Shown: piece after piece, positions 34,331-46,554 of the stretch
Position numbering within the stretch: the first letter of the stretch is position 1
Layout of the letters: each line of letters starts with the position of its first letter
NCBI RefSeq assembly: GCF_018350175.1
Contig: NC_058368.1
Span: 225,124,001-225,188,000, forward strand
DNA: 64,000 bases
From: Felis catus
Taxonomy: Eukaryota
Reading direction: 5' to 3'
Position numbers and translations under genes: made by a program
Notes under the pieces: generated by a model
What the model saw: the letters and a program-made list of their open reading frames with translations, nothing else
Told to the model about the DNA's origin: nothing
Database searches by the model: none

Positions 34331-35609
34331 CTACCAACTGCAGAAGTGAAGAGTATGGATGCCCCTCTCTGTCTTGCCACCGTCGCAAGTACAGGAAGTT
34401 GAGGGGAGGTTTTGTCCAGAGAGTGTTATAAATATTAGATTCTGATTTCTTGAAATCTTAATCACCATGGCAAGATACAAATCGCGGGCAGTTCACTGCT
34501 CTTTGGCGTTCAGTTAACCTCCCGTGCTTTGCTGAACCAACATGCAAATTGAGATCACTACTGGACAAGGTTTATGCTACCCATGCCATCATTATTCTTT
34601 AATCATGCAGTTAACCACCTAGGGTGACCAGGTTTCCAGTGTCCCCATAACCATTCCATTGGGGTAATTACATGTTCTCCAGTGTCATTGTTAAATAGCT
34701 TTTCAGTAGAAGCAGAAATTCAGCAACTTAAGCTAGTTTTCTTTCACCATGAGCTTGCCCAGCTGAATAAAATCTTCACTTGGTCCGAGTATTAATAACT
34801 TCTCAATTATCCAAAGCTCAATAATTATTTAATATTAGTGCAGCATGTTTATCATTGCATTAAGAAAGAAGAAAGAGAAAAAAAAATGAATCCCCACCCA
34901 GTAATTAATACTTGTGACTCATTTCCCCAGAACAGACTACAAAGGAAAATGCTACCCGATTTTTCAGGAGACTCAAATTGCCGCTCTAGAATTATTAAGG
35001 TGGTTATTACAAGTTAATTGAATAGCAGCTGATTATATAAAGGAACACTTGGTCTTTTCAGAGTGCAAGGATTAATTCAGCAAGCAGCTACGTATTGAGG
35101 TAGCTTTTCTCTTTTTTTTTTTTCTCAAGTCAGTTAATACATATCTATCTAGTACTTATTATATGCCATTTATCTACTAGAGATCCAGAGAGGATAACAC
35201 CCGAGTTTTCTGCCCAAGATAGAGCTGATTCTCTCCCATCTTCTGATTTCTCCCTTTGCATTCAAGGTCTCACATAAACTAATACTCACACACTGTTTTG
35301 TAATGGAGCCCAGGGCACCTGTTCTGGGACCATGTCCCTCGACAGATCAGAAACACATTTGTGAACCTAGCAACCTGAGAAACACCTCTGATGCCTCTGG
35401 GAGGCTTTTCTCTTCTTAAGGGGCCAAAAGACAAAATTACTTCAGCCTCGGGCTGCACAATGCCATGTTCACCCAGAGTTAGTCTGCCCACAGAGACTAG
35501 TCAAGCAGAAAGTGACTAGAGTGTGGACAGCTTCCTGGAGCACCAACTCTTTCCTTCTGTTCTTCTGTCAGTTTCATATTATGTTACATCATCAAGAAAA
35601 AGCTGCATC

Positions 35610-35757
35610 GGGGCGCCTCGGTGGCTCAGTCAGTTAAGGGTCTGACTTCAGCCCAGGTCATGATGTCACCATTCATGAGTGCGAGTCCTGCGTCAGGCTT
35701 TCTGCAGTCAGCACAGAGCTGCTTCAGATCCTCTGCCCCCCCCACCCCTCCCCCACT

Positions 35758-35788
<31 letters not shown>

Positions 35789-35820
35789 GAAAATAAACAT
35801 TTAAAAAAAGAAAAAAAATG
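35610..35820 (+). mobile_element. Carnivore SINE
   Basis: ggggcgcctcggtggctcagtcagttaag head, (CT)n, tail. Confidence 0.93.
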
Positions 35821-36011
35821 CTTCACCTTCTTCTAAAATAATTGTATCTTTCTCTCTCCCAAAGAAATGGGTGTGTCTAATCAATTTCTCATCTGTGTCA
35901 ACTACGTTGGAGTGTTGAACTGGGGTAAACTTGAAAAACTCCAAGTGAGAGCAAAGTAAGGAGGAGAAGGTCATATATAACTAACAGCTAATTATAGAAA
36001 AATGCATACTA

Positions 36012-36241
36012 GGGGCGCCTGGCTGGCTCAGTTGGCTAAGTGTCCGACTTCGGCTCAGGTCATGATCTCACAGTTGATGTGTTCGAATCCTGTATCAGGC
36101 TCTGTGCTGACAGCTTGGAGCCTGGAGCCTGCTTCGGATTGTGTGCGTGTGTGTGTCTCTCTCTCTGCCTTCTTCCACTCGTGCTCTGTCTCTCAAAAAT
36201 AAAAATGTTAAAAAAAAAAAGAGAGAGAGAGAGAGAGAGAC
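36012..36241 (+). mobile_element. Feline SINE with (GA)n after the tail
   Basis: Full element; TSD aaatgcatacta. Confidence 0.95.
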
Positions 36242-37727
36242 AAATGCATACTAAAATTTCTAACTTTATGTTTATCAAATGTGATGAAAGTTTTCAATTC
36301 AAAGACCAAACATGTTTTTACACGTTGCACACGATGTTGTCTGTTACTCCGTCTCTAGAGACAATGGAAATTGGGAGTAATTTCCCAATTACTGGTAGAC
36401 AATTTCCCAATTGCTGGTAGTCATCACCACCACCACAAGTAAAGAACTAGCCTCAGAATAATGCCGACGGGGTCCAGATGTGGAGGGACAGGATCCCAGT
36501 GACAACATTTGCATTCCTGTGTCATCACAGCAAGTAAGTGAAGGGAAGCAGGGCGGAGAAAGAAGTCGCAGCCTTTTCATAACCTAATCTCGTAGTCCTG
36601 GAAGGGACAACCCATCACTTTTTCCCGTATTCTGCTCCTTAGAGGCAAGTCGCTAAATCCAGTGAGGGGATTGCACAAGGGTGTGGATGCCCCGAGACGG
36701 GAATCTTTGGGGGCCAGTTCAGAAACTGCCTGAAGAGAAAGAAGAAGCACACTGAGCTCATTGAGCTGATTGGTTCTGGAAGAAGAGGAACACTTCTTTC
36801 ATCAGAATTGAGCAGGATAGGAAGACATGGGTGCAGATCGAAGCGGGTTGTTATCATTGGCGGTGACGTGTATTAGGTACAATGACATCTTTTTTTTTTT
36901 TTTTAATCTCTGTGAAGAATGAGGCAAAGCCATCTGCCGAAGGAGGGGATGTGATGGCTTGAGATCAAGAGGAAGGGACGAAAGATGAGCCTCAGTGAAG
37001 AGGAAAGGTCACCTGCTAAAGAAATAACGGTAGAACTACCAGGCGATGCCAACTGGAAGTTTAAAATAACTTGCAAGTAGAAAACTAGTCGAGCTCCGTT
37101 GTGTGATTTTCTCCACCAACGTTCAGCTGCCAGAGGACTAGCTCAGAAAAAGTGGCAAAAGATAGATGCCAGCTTTGAGGTAGGAAAAACTTTTCATCCA
37201 TGTGCGAGCGCAGCCAAGAAATAATGGTGTGAATTACACTCATTCGTATTTCTCTCCGTCTGATTCTTCAAACCCACCCTTGCCCGGCAGGTATCTTTCG
37301 ACTCATCAGGCCAACAGATTAAATAGCCTGGTGGCTGAGCTTTTGATACGGCTCTCCCGAACCTGTGGCACATGCTAATTTCCTGGCTTTATTCCTCCCT
37401 GCGCCCTATATCGTTACTCAGGGGGCAAAACTCTCCAGGACTTCAAAGAAAGTCTGTAACATGGAAAAGACCCAGGGGCTCCGTCAGCACATCACAGGTA
37501 AATATTGATAATGATGGTCTTCAAAAGTATTTTGTTACATCTTCCCTCCCCAAACTGTGTAAATCTAGCCAACATTCTGGTACGAACCCTATAGCGCTTA
37601 TGAAATAATAGGCTTCTGTGTATTTCTGAGATACATAGAATTGGGTTGATTGGGTTTAAATTCCTCAAAAAGACAAGTCACGTAAGTGTAGTGAAAACAG
37701 CACCCCTCGCCACCGATTGATTGCACA

Positions 37728-38128
37728 CTGGGTTAGTCAGCTTGGGCGGCCATTACAGGATACCATAGACTGAGTGGCTTCAACAACCGAGATTTATTTT
37801 TCATGGTTCTGGAAGCTGGAAGTCCCAGGTCAGAGCGTTAGCATGGTCGGGTTCTGGTGAGAGCCCTCTTCCTGATTTATATATGGCCTCCTTTTCATTG
37901 TGTCCTCACATAGCAGAGAGAGAATGAGACAGAGAGAGAGAGAGAAAGAGAGACACAGAGCAATTGATATTTCCTCTAAAAGAACACTATCCTATTGGAT
38001 CAGCTCCCCACTCTTAAGACCTCACCTAACCTTAATTAATTCTTTACTCCAAACATGGTCACATGGGGGATTAGAGCCTTAACATATGAATGGGGGTGAA
38101 GAGTACACAAATATTCAGTCCATAATAA
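37728..38128 (-). mobile_element. MaLR LTR (MLT1A-like)
   Basis: ataccatagactgagtggctt, gttctggaagctggaagtcc, ggttctggtgagagccctcttcctg, tgtgtcctcacat, aacatatgaat, attcagtccata. Confidence 0.88.
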
Positions 38129-38137
38129 CGTTCCTGC

Positions 38138-38243
38138 TGTGACAACCAACTCCTCCCAGTTGGCCTAGGACTTTCCTGGTTTTAGCACTGAAAGTGCTGG
38201 GAAATCTCTCAGTCCTGGGAAAACTAGGATGCTTGGTCACCCC
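38138..38243. mobile_element. MER81-like hAT-Blackjack MITE
   Basis: ggactttcctggttttagcactgaaagt...ctcagtcctgggaaaactaggatgcttggtcaccc. Confidence 0.75.
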
Positions 38244-38859
38244 AGTTTATCTGCCAACCCTCTCAGGAGGGGTCCTGGGTCAAGGCTGCCCCTGAGGGAA
38301 TTCCTACAGCTGATCTTGTGGTAACTTCCGATTCTCGGCACCACTCAAGCCACGACCCTTTCCTGACAACCCTGGCCCCTTAGGCAAAGCTGACAGGCTG
38401 TCCTAGAAAGAAGTCATCTCTCAGATTATCACTGTGTTTAGTTCAGGGTAAATCAAACCCATCAACAGAGATTTATTGGATGCTTATTATTTCCACAGTC
38501 CAGGACCAGCCATGGCTGGGGCCATCGAAGTATGGAAAGAGTATTCCTGTCTTCCAGGAACTTATTTGTGACTAGGACAAATATTTGGGGGATAAAAAGT
38601 TCACATGGTAATAAAACTAATATGACAAGACGAGCACGAAAAAACTCACAAGGCAGAATATGATTTGTTGCAAACATGCTCTTGGAAAAATAGTAGCTTT
38701 TAGAGTCCGGAAGTTTGGGGGTTTTTTTAGTTTTTGTGTTTTACAACACAAAGGTCGTATTGCTAATGACCAGCTACCACTGGTTGAGCAAAGCAGAGGA
38801 GAAGAATGAGTGTCACTTTAGACAACTTTTTAAGGTTGAACGCTGTGAACACAGGCCTC

Positions 38860-39070
38860 CCAGCAAGACACAACGGGTTCCGACGCCATTGCTACTGCAG
38901 ATTACTCGTTGGAAAATGTCAAAACGTCCTTTTCCTCACCTGAGAAATTGGGATATCCTACCTCTACTTTAGAGCTGGCAAGAGAACTCCATGAAATGAG
39001 GTTCATAATCACTTAACACATTATCTAGCACACGTCCGGGCCTCGAACCACAGTTGCTATTGTGATTTGT
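38860..39070 (+). mobile_element. MIR fragment
   Basis: tttcctcacctgagaaattggga..acctacct, cacttaacaca..atctagcaca. Confidence 0.6.
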
Positions 39071-39377
39071 GTAACTGTCAATACTGTGATGGCAGGTGTT
39101 ATTTCCTCTTCCGTCCGCATGTCACAGTTGCCCTAAGCTGGAAAGTCTGGCGCAGTTCAGCCTTTACATTAAGTCACAAACGCGGCTTCATTGTCCCCGT
39201 GGATTTAAAAGGAGCAGAGGAGTTTTGCACGTTCTTGGTCTGACGGCACGTTCATTCAAAATGCTCTTCGTGTTGAAACTGCCCAGTTAAGGCCACGCGG
39301 AATACAAAACTTAGTGTGACTAGCAATGCGTTTACAGTCAATCCACGTTTATGAACTTGTCTTACCCCTTTTGCTAC

Positions 39378-39951
39378 TATGTTGGTCACCTGTTGCCGTG
39401 TAACAGATTATCCCCCACATGTACCAACGTAAAGCAACACACAGTTGTAACCTCAGAGCTTCTGCGAGCCAGGGGAATGCAAACATGGCTGTACTTCCAC
39501 TCATTTCCGGGTCTCTCGTGGGCTGCAGTCAAGATGTACGCTGAGCTGTGGCTATCTGATGGCTCAGATAGAACACGACAAGTCTGCTTCCAAGCCCCTG
39601 TGATCGCTTCCGGGATTTGGTTCCTCACAAGCGGTTGAGTGAGTATCTCGGTTCCTCGACGCTATTCGTTGGAGGTCACCCTCATTTTCTCGTCACGCTG
39701 GCCTCTCCGTCATGGCTGCTCGCTTCGTCAATGTGCTCAAGCCAAGAAGCAACCAAGAGAGCCTCCGGCAACATGGAATTCGCAATTCTTTGTAACCTAA
39801 CCTGAGAAGAGGCATCCTCTCACCTTTCCTGTGTGTGTTGGTGAGAAGCAGATGACTAGGCTCAGCTCAGGCTCAAGGGGAGAGAAAACAGGAGGCCATG
39901 AACCCAGGAGCGATGATCCCTTATGGGCCATCGGAGAAACCTGCCTACCAC
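39378..39951 (-). mobile_element. MaLR LTR (MLT1E-like)
   Basis: gttgccgtgtaacagattatccc, ggctgcagtcaagatg, tctgcttccaagc, ttgtaacctaa, gggccatc...ctgcctaccaca. Confidence 0.8.
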
Positions 39952-40164
39952 AGCTGTCTCTCGGAGGCGCTCAGTCATGGCCAGACAGCAACCAGGGTGA
40001 GTTAGGTGATAACCTGATTCTGTCAGACAACCTGAGACACGGGGTCATAGGAACAACTGAGGCAGGCCTTCTTGCTGGAGGTGGCTGCCCCCTTGGCTTA
40101 TTGTATTCATCAGAACTAGACCACTTTGGTGCATCTGAAACCGTTCTCTGCTTCTTTAACATCA

Positions 40165-40775
40165 TATGGTAGCTAAGCGAAATAAGTCAGTCAGACAAAG
40201 ACAACTATATGATTTCACCCATTTGTGGAATTTAAGAAACAAGACAGATGAACAGAGGGGAAGGGAAGGAAAAAGAAGATAAAAGCAGAAAGGGAGGCAA
40301 ACCATTGTTCTCTTAAATACAGAGAACAAACTGAGGGTTGCTGGGGGGAGGAGGCCGGTGGGGGGGATGGGCTGAGTGGGTGACGGGCATTGAGGAGGGC
40401 ACTTGTTGGGACGAGCACTGGGTGTTACATGTAAGCGATGAGTCACTAAATTCTATTCCTGAGGGGCACCTGGGTGGCTCAGTCAGTTAAGCGGCCAACT
40501 TCGGCTCAGGTCATGATCTCACGGTCCGTGAGTTCGAGCCCCGCGTCGGGCTCTGTGCTGACCACTCAGAGCCTGGAGCCTGTTTCAGATTCTGTGTCTC
40601 CCTCTCTCTCTCTGACCCTCCCCTGTTCATGCTCTGTCTCTCTCTGTCTCAAAAATAAATAAATGTTAAAAAAAATGTTTTTTTAAATTCTATTCCTGAA
40701 ATCATGATTACACTATATGTTAATTAACTTGGATTTAATTTTTTTAATTAGATTATAAATAAATAAATAAATAAC
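40165..40775 (+). mobile_element. 5'-truncated carnivore L1 3' end, interrupted by a SINE
   Basis: gctaagcgaaataagtcagtcagacaaagac, agagaacaaactgagggttg, gggcattgaggagggcacttgttggga, (AAAT)n tail. Confidence 0.92.
40463..40684 (+). mobile_element. Feline SINE within L1
   Basis: Perfect TSD aaattctattcctga at 40448-40462 and 40685-40699. Confidence 0.96.
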
Positions 40776-42046
40776 AAAATCATATTATAAACTTTCTTGC
40801 ATAATTTGAGTAAAGTTGAGTTTGCCTGGTCTGAATCTTAATAATATGAGGAGTATCACAATCAGTGTTAGAAGCACCCACGATCAACAAGAGAACACGC
40901 TTCTAGAAACCACTGAAAACTTGCCCCAAGTCACAGAAGGCAAATAAAACTGTTCCTTGCAGATTCTGGGCCAACTGACTTAACCTGCGAACCTGTTTCC
41001 TTTCATACACAGAAGTGCGGTACCAGATCATCTCTCGGGCTCCTTCCAGCTCCAAAACGGTGCCAAGATTTCACGACCTAGTGTTCCTCAAAACCTGCTG
41101 TGGGCCGAGAAGCCTTTCCCCAAACCCAGGAGCCACTCACCATGGAAGGTACAGCCCTGAAAGGGACCGCAGAGAACGACTTACGACTTGCGATTCAAGG
41201 TTTTCCAAAGCTTCACCGCAAAGCCACGTTCGATTTTGTCCTTCCTCTTGCCACGTAGGAGGCTAATGAAAATCGTCAAAGCCTTTCAAAGCTTGAATGA
41301 GCATCTGGTACCAACGGGGTCACATCAAACATTGAGAAAGATTCAAGTGTGGAAGGGAGCGAGGGGAAGGCTGGCAGGTATTTCCCAGTAGAAACTGGCA
41401 CTGACCCAGCGAGGCATCCCCTGCTCTGTCCCAAGAGGACTTACAGCCTGGCGTGAGCCAGGAGAGGGTACACGGTGAATACTTGTTGACCAAAAGAATG
41501 AGAAAAGTGTCTTATTTGCTGTGTGCTAGACACGAGATCTGTTGTCTTTCAGGTGCATAGCCACGAGTCACCAAGTATGTACAAGAAGCACATATCTGTT
41601 GACATACGCCAATGTCCATTGACTGCCCCAACTGAGAAATGCACGCAAACATGGAAGAGAAAGAACACGTCACCTGCAGTAAGTGGCCCAGTGAATTTGG
41701 AATCAGAACACAGAGAATAATAATAGGAGGTTTGATGTTATTTGGGCTACCACGTCTGGAATAGAGGCAGTGGCACCAGTTGGGGTCCTTAGCACTTGAG
41801 GTTTCTTGGCCCAAACTCACTTTCTTTGAGTAGCACTTAGATGGGAAACACCCCGTCTGCCCCTGATTCTCCTTTTATCCAAGCTTCCAACTGGGTTCAA
41901 CGTCTCTGATGAAAGAATGCTCTCACTAGGTCGAAGGGTCCTAAGAGCAATCTTGTCTGTTTAAAGAGTTGTTTGTATGATATTATTTTAATCCCACGCA
42001 ACTGATCTGAGAAACTGATCTGAGAAGTTAACTCTCATTGGGAGAT

Positions 42047-42271
42047 CTTTTTTTTTTTTTTTTTTTTTTGGAATGTTTATTTATTTTTGAAGGAGAGAGA
42101 GACAGCCTGAGCAGGGGAGGAGCAGAGAGAAAGGGAGACACAGACTCCAAAGTGGGCTCCAGGCTCTGAGCTGTCAGCATGGAGCCCAGTGAGGGGCCTG
42201 AACTCACGAGCCATGAGATCACGACCTGAGCCGCAGTCGGATGCTTAACTGACCGAGCCACCCAGGCGCCC
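42047..42271 (-). mobile_element. Feline SINE
   Basis: Reverse SINE with long T tract. Confidence 0.94.
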
Positions 42272-42789
42272 TCCGTTGAGAAATCTTTTTACCTCAAATT
42301 CCAGGAGAACGGAAAGCAACAGTCCCCAAATACTAACACCTCCGCACCTACGGTGACCTAAATGTGGGGCCAAGACTGCATTCTTTCATGAGCCACAACA
42401 CCATACCACAGCAATCAAAGCACACACACCCTCTAATAGCTCCTTCTACAAGCTCCTAGAACATCTCATTGATAAATTGCTCCATCCGGCAGCAAACGTG
42501 TGAAGGAGGCAACCATACGATCTTCAGGCAGGTAACGTACAAAATGACATATTTCGCGGGGCCACGTGACCAAACGATCCCTTATCTGAGGTTCTCCAGA
42601 ATGGGAAAAATACCAAGAGGGTAGAAATATATTTTCCTCTCCACTTCAATCATACCTCTACCTATGCTTCCATGCACATAAGCAGTAACAGCTAATGTAA
42701 AGGGGATACTGTAATAAAATGTCCACAGCACATCTTCGTGGTCTGTAAAATTATAGAAAACCGCCTCTTGTCCCCCTGTTGGGAGCAGA

Positions 42790-42980
42790 TGCAGGCCTGG
42801 GGGCAATTACGCAGAGTGTATTGAAGTCACCTGCCGCAAATCTCCTAATGGCAGCTTGGCCGGGGGCCAAGCTCTAAGTCAAGCCTCAGGGAATTCAAAT
42901 TCAAAAGTCAGCTACATTAGCGGTAGAGATGCGGCGGCGTGGAGCAGAGATCGCCTTTCGTGATTTATGGCAGCCAATGC
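42790..42980. promoter_or_regulatory. Enhancer-like motif cluster (TFAP2-type and PBX-HOX-type sites)
   Basis: GCCTGGGGGC 42795-42804, GCCGGGGGC 42859-42867, GCCTCAGGG 42883-42891, TGATTTATGG 42961-42970 in repeat-free DNA. Confidence 0.35.
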
Positions 42981-44020
42981 TTTCAGTCCATTTAAAGGAT
43001 CATCCAGTTGAGTTTGCTTCTTCGGGGAGCCGTCCGGCCTAAAACGAGAAACATCTGAACCGGGAGTTACCAGAAAGGAGAGGCCTGATGAAAACTTGAA
43101 TTGTGGGGAAAGCGCAAAATTTTTCTTACCGACGGATCTTCAGACACCGCAGAATCTGCAAAACAGGCTGCATCTCCAGCCTCCCATATCTAACTCGTGG
43201 CTGATGGGTCCATTACTACTGTATTTTTAAATGACTACAAAGACATTAAACGGCTAAGTGAAAAGTAATCATTTAGTGTTAAGAATGAACATATGATTTA
43301 ACATCTTAATCTTGGTGGCGCTTATAATCTACGAGAAAGCTTCCTCGCAGAGAGAACACCAAATCTTCGTCCTCTCTCACCCAGGCGAATTTTCACTAAG
43401 ACTTACGACCTTAGGGATTCTCCCTGCTCTTCCCCCAATGTATGCCTTTGATGTCCTTTTATCTCAACTGAAGAGACCGGAAGGGATCAGTAAGTCTTTT
43501 CAAAATATTTATGTTCTTTAATACTCAATGCAGATTTAGCAAAAGAAAAAAAGAAGAAAAAAAAAAGAAGGAGCTACGGTTCTATTTGGAATAAAGCGGT
43601 TTAGAAAAAAATATTATTTCTGGAAAAATAAATCTATCTATGCCTGTGTTTCCTTACTAATATATTTGCTAGGGAAAAAAAACAATACCATGAATTTCAA
43701 ATCCATTTCCCACTCGAGTCTTCATTTTTATATTTTATTGCATTCCGCAGTGGTTTTGCAACCAGCTATATCAAGAGTTTCCAAAAGGAATGTAAACAGT
43801 GACTCGGGCTAGAATGCATGAATACGACTGGGAGCAAAAATCTCTACTGAGCTATCCCAAGATGAATGGCTGTGCTACATTTCAAATCTCTGCCAAGTTC
43901 TTTCTGGCAAACACATCAGGAAATGAAATCTACCTACCAGAAAGGAACTAGGGAGACTCTCCCACCTTGAAGAAGACACCAACTCCATCCTTATAATAAC
44001 CTAAGCAGTATAGGTATCAC

Positions 44021-44022
<2 letters not shown>

Positions 44023-44063
<41 letters not shown>
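44023..44063. repeat. (TG)n microsatellite
   Basis: Pure run. Confidence 0.95.
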
Positions 44064-44066
<3 letters not shown>

Positions 44067-44616
44067 AAATGAGACAACATTTTGAGATATTATCCAATCC
44101 AAGTTGGTTGTTTCTGTTTTTGTTTTTTTTTTTCTGGATCTGTGGCCTGATAGCCCTCCCCCAGGTCAGGCCCTTTCTTTAAGGATCTGGGAAGCGGAGA
44201 TTGGCCCACATTTTGCAGCTGCAAGTCGATCGGGACCCCGTTTCTAACTTATATCAGGTTCAACCCACTGCATACCTGAAATGTCTATGATTCACCGTGA
44301 CGATTCATCAGGCTTCTCTAAAAGTGGGTTATTATGATCAGAGAGAACATGACCTGTATTACGTAGTTATTAAGTTATTATTCTGTCTATAGAAACAGAA
44401 GGTAAACAAATAATATAACTATGTTACATTATGTAACCCAGTTCATCTAAAGTGCATATTAGACATTTGTGCTCTCAAGCAAAAACTAACACCAGGAGCA
44501 ATTTTTATTTCATTAAAAAGAAAAACCCAAGAGAAGATATTTAATCTGAGACCTCAGAAAAGGTTTTTGTTTCTGAAGCCCCAGAGTGATAAGGAAGCTA
44601 TGCTGTTAATTACTTC

Positions 44617-44806
44617 TTTTTTTTTAAGTTCATTTTATTTGTTTATTTTCAGGAAGAAAAAGAGAGAGGCAGAGAGAGAATCCCACGCAGGCTCTATGCT
44701 GTCAGCACAAAGCCCGACGTGGGGCTCGAACCCACAAATCGTGAGATCGTGACCTGAGCCGAAACCAAGAGTCAGATGCTTAACCAGCCGAGCCACCCAG
44801 GCACCC
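44617..44806 (-). mobile_element. Carnivore SINE
   Basis: Reverse SINE; TSD ttaa(t/c)tacttc. Confidence 0.93.
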
Positions 44807-46045
44807 TTAACTACTTCGTTTCTAATCCTAACATTCTGCTGTGAGTCCTTGGCACACAAAATGGTTCAGAATAAAGAGGTGAGTGGGGGGAGGGACAGAG
44901 GGCAGGAGTGTGGCAAGGGTCATGTTTAAGAGGCGGACAGGCAGGAGCAAATGTCTCGGGCAGAGTTAGCGGGCTGCACCAGCCAGCCCTGGGACCCGCC
45001 TGTGGGTCTTCAGCCCCGACCCTGTCCTGGCGAGTCCTTACACAAATACCCATTCGGTAACTTCCACCGACCCTCACGTTCTACAACTCAGATGGATTGG
45101 TGCAGAGCCCCGAGGGTCCTGGTGTTCAGAAAGCCCCGGAGGAGGATTTGGGTTGACTCCCAGCGAAGGACACACACCAAACCGTCATGACACTGGGAGG
45201 TTTTCTTTTTCTCATTGCGACAGAAAGAAGGAGGTAAAAAAAGTGAAGTTCTCTCAATCCCGAGAGGATCGGCTGCGGTGAGAAGGATCACAGATCAGCA
45301 ATTTGGGGAGAACTGCAAATCAGCAGGCGTCTTTCTCACAAGCAAAATTTAATGCAAAATTATTTATGAAAGAGTAAGACCGCTACTTGGATAGAAGCCG
45401 TTCCATCCAAACTTTAACATGTCACGTGTCAACGACTCAACTTTTACTGCCTTCACCCTCCAAAAAAAAGGGGCTTCTTCCTTCAGTGAGAAAATTGAGG
45501 CAACTTGCCTTCACTAACTAGACAATATTCCACTCCCCAATCACCACCGGCGCTGCCGTCAGACTTAGCTGTCTCTATAGTTATTCTCACTTCCCTCCTA
45601 CAAGAGGCAAAGTGATGGGCACAAATCTCGCTGAATGTACCTGTGTATCCCATCCCCCCCACACGTCCACGGGCAGGGCCCTGGTCTACACCTTCCTCTA
45701 CTTCGTCTTTCCTGGTTCCTTTCCATCAACATTGACGTGTTCAACTTCCCCCATCCTGTAGAGCTAAAGATGTTATGAGAACAATTGTCAACATAGTAAT
45801 GAATTAAAACCAGAGAAGCAACTGGAAGGAAAAATAGGCCTATCAGACGATGCCTCCAATGAACAGCAACGACAAAAGTGGTGAGCAAGTGGGTTGGACC
45901 TCAAACTTTGGCTGATGTAATACGAAAATGTATTAAAATATACTTAAAATAGTTGACATCCCCCAATTTTTTTTTTTTTTACTGTTGGTTTAAATGCTTG
46001 GAAAGGATAGAATTTCTAGCATCGTATTTAACTTTTGAAATTTTA

Positions 46046-46287
46046 GGGGCGCCTGGGTGGCGCAGTCGGTTAAGCGTCCGACTTCAGCCAGGTCACGATC
46101 TCGCGGTCTGTGGGTTCGAGCCCCGAGTCAGGCTCTGGGCTGATGGCTCAGAGCCTGGAGCCTGTTTCCGATTCTGTGTCTCCCTCTCTCTCTGCCTCTC
46201 CCCCGTTCATGCTCTGTCTCTCTCTGTCCCAAAAATAAATAAACGTTGAAAAAAAAATTAAAAAAATAAAAATAAATAAATAAATAA
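46046..46287 (+). mobile_element. Young feline SINE
   Basis: Young variant gtggcgcagtcgg...cagccaggtcacg; TSD ttttgaaatttta. Confidence 0.97.
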
Positions 46288-46320
46288 ATTTTGAAATTTT
46301 AAAACGCAACTGTTAATTTA

Positions 46321-46554
46321 TTTTTAATGTAATTCTTTCACTTATTTAAGTTTATTTATTTATTTTGAGAGAGAGAGAGAGAGAGAGAGAGAGCACCAGC
46401 AGGGGCGGGTCAAAGAGAAAGGGGAACAGAGGGTCCAAAGTAGGCTCCATGCTGTCAACACAGAGCCCGACGTGGAGCTCGAACTCACGAACTGTGAGAT
46501 CATGACCTGAGCCAGAGTCAGGCACTTAACTGATTAAGCCACCCAGGCGTCCCC
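46321..46554 (-). mobile_element. Carnivore SINE (older)
   Basis: Reverse SINE; TSD aactgtt(a/c)attta. Confidence 0.93.
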
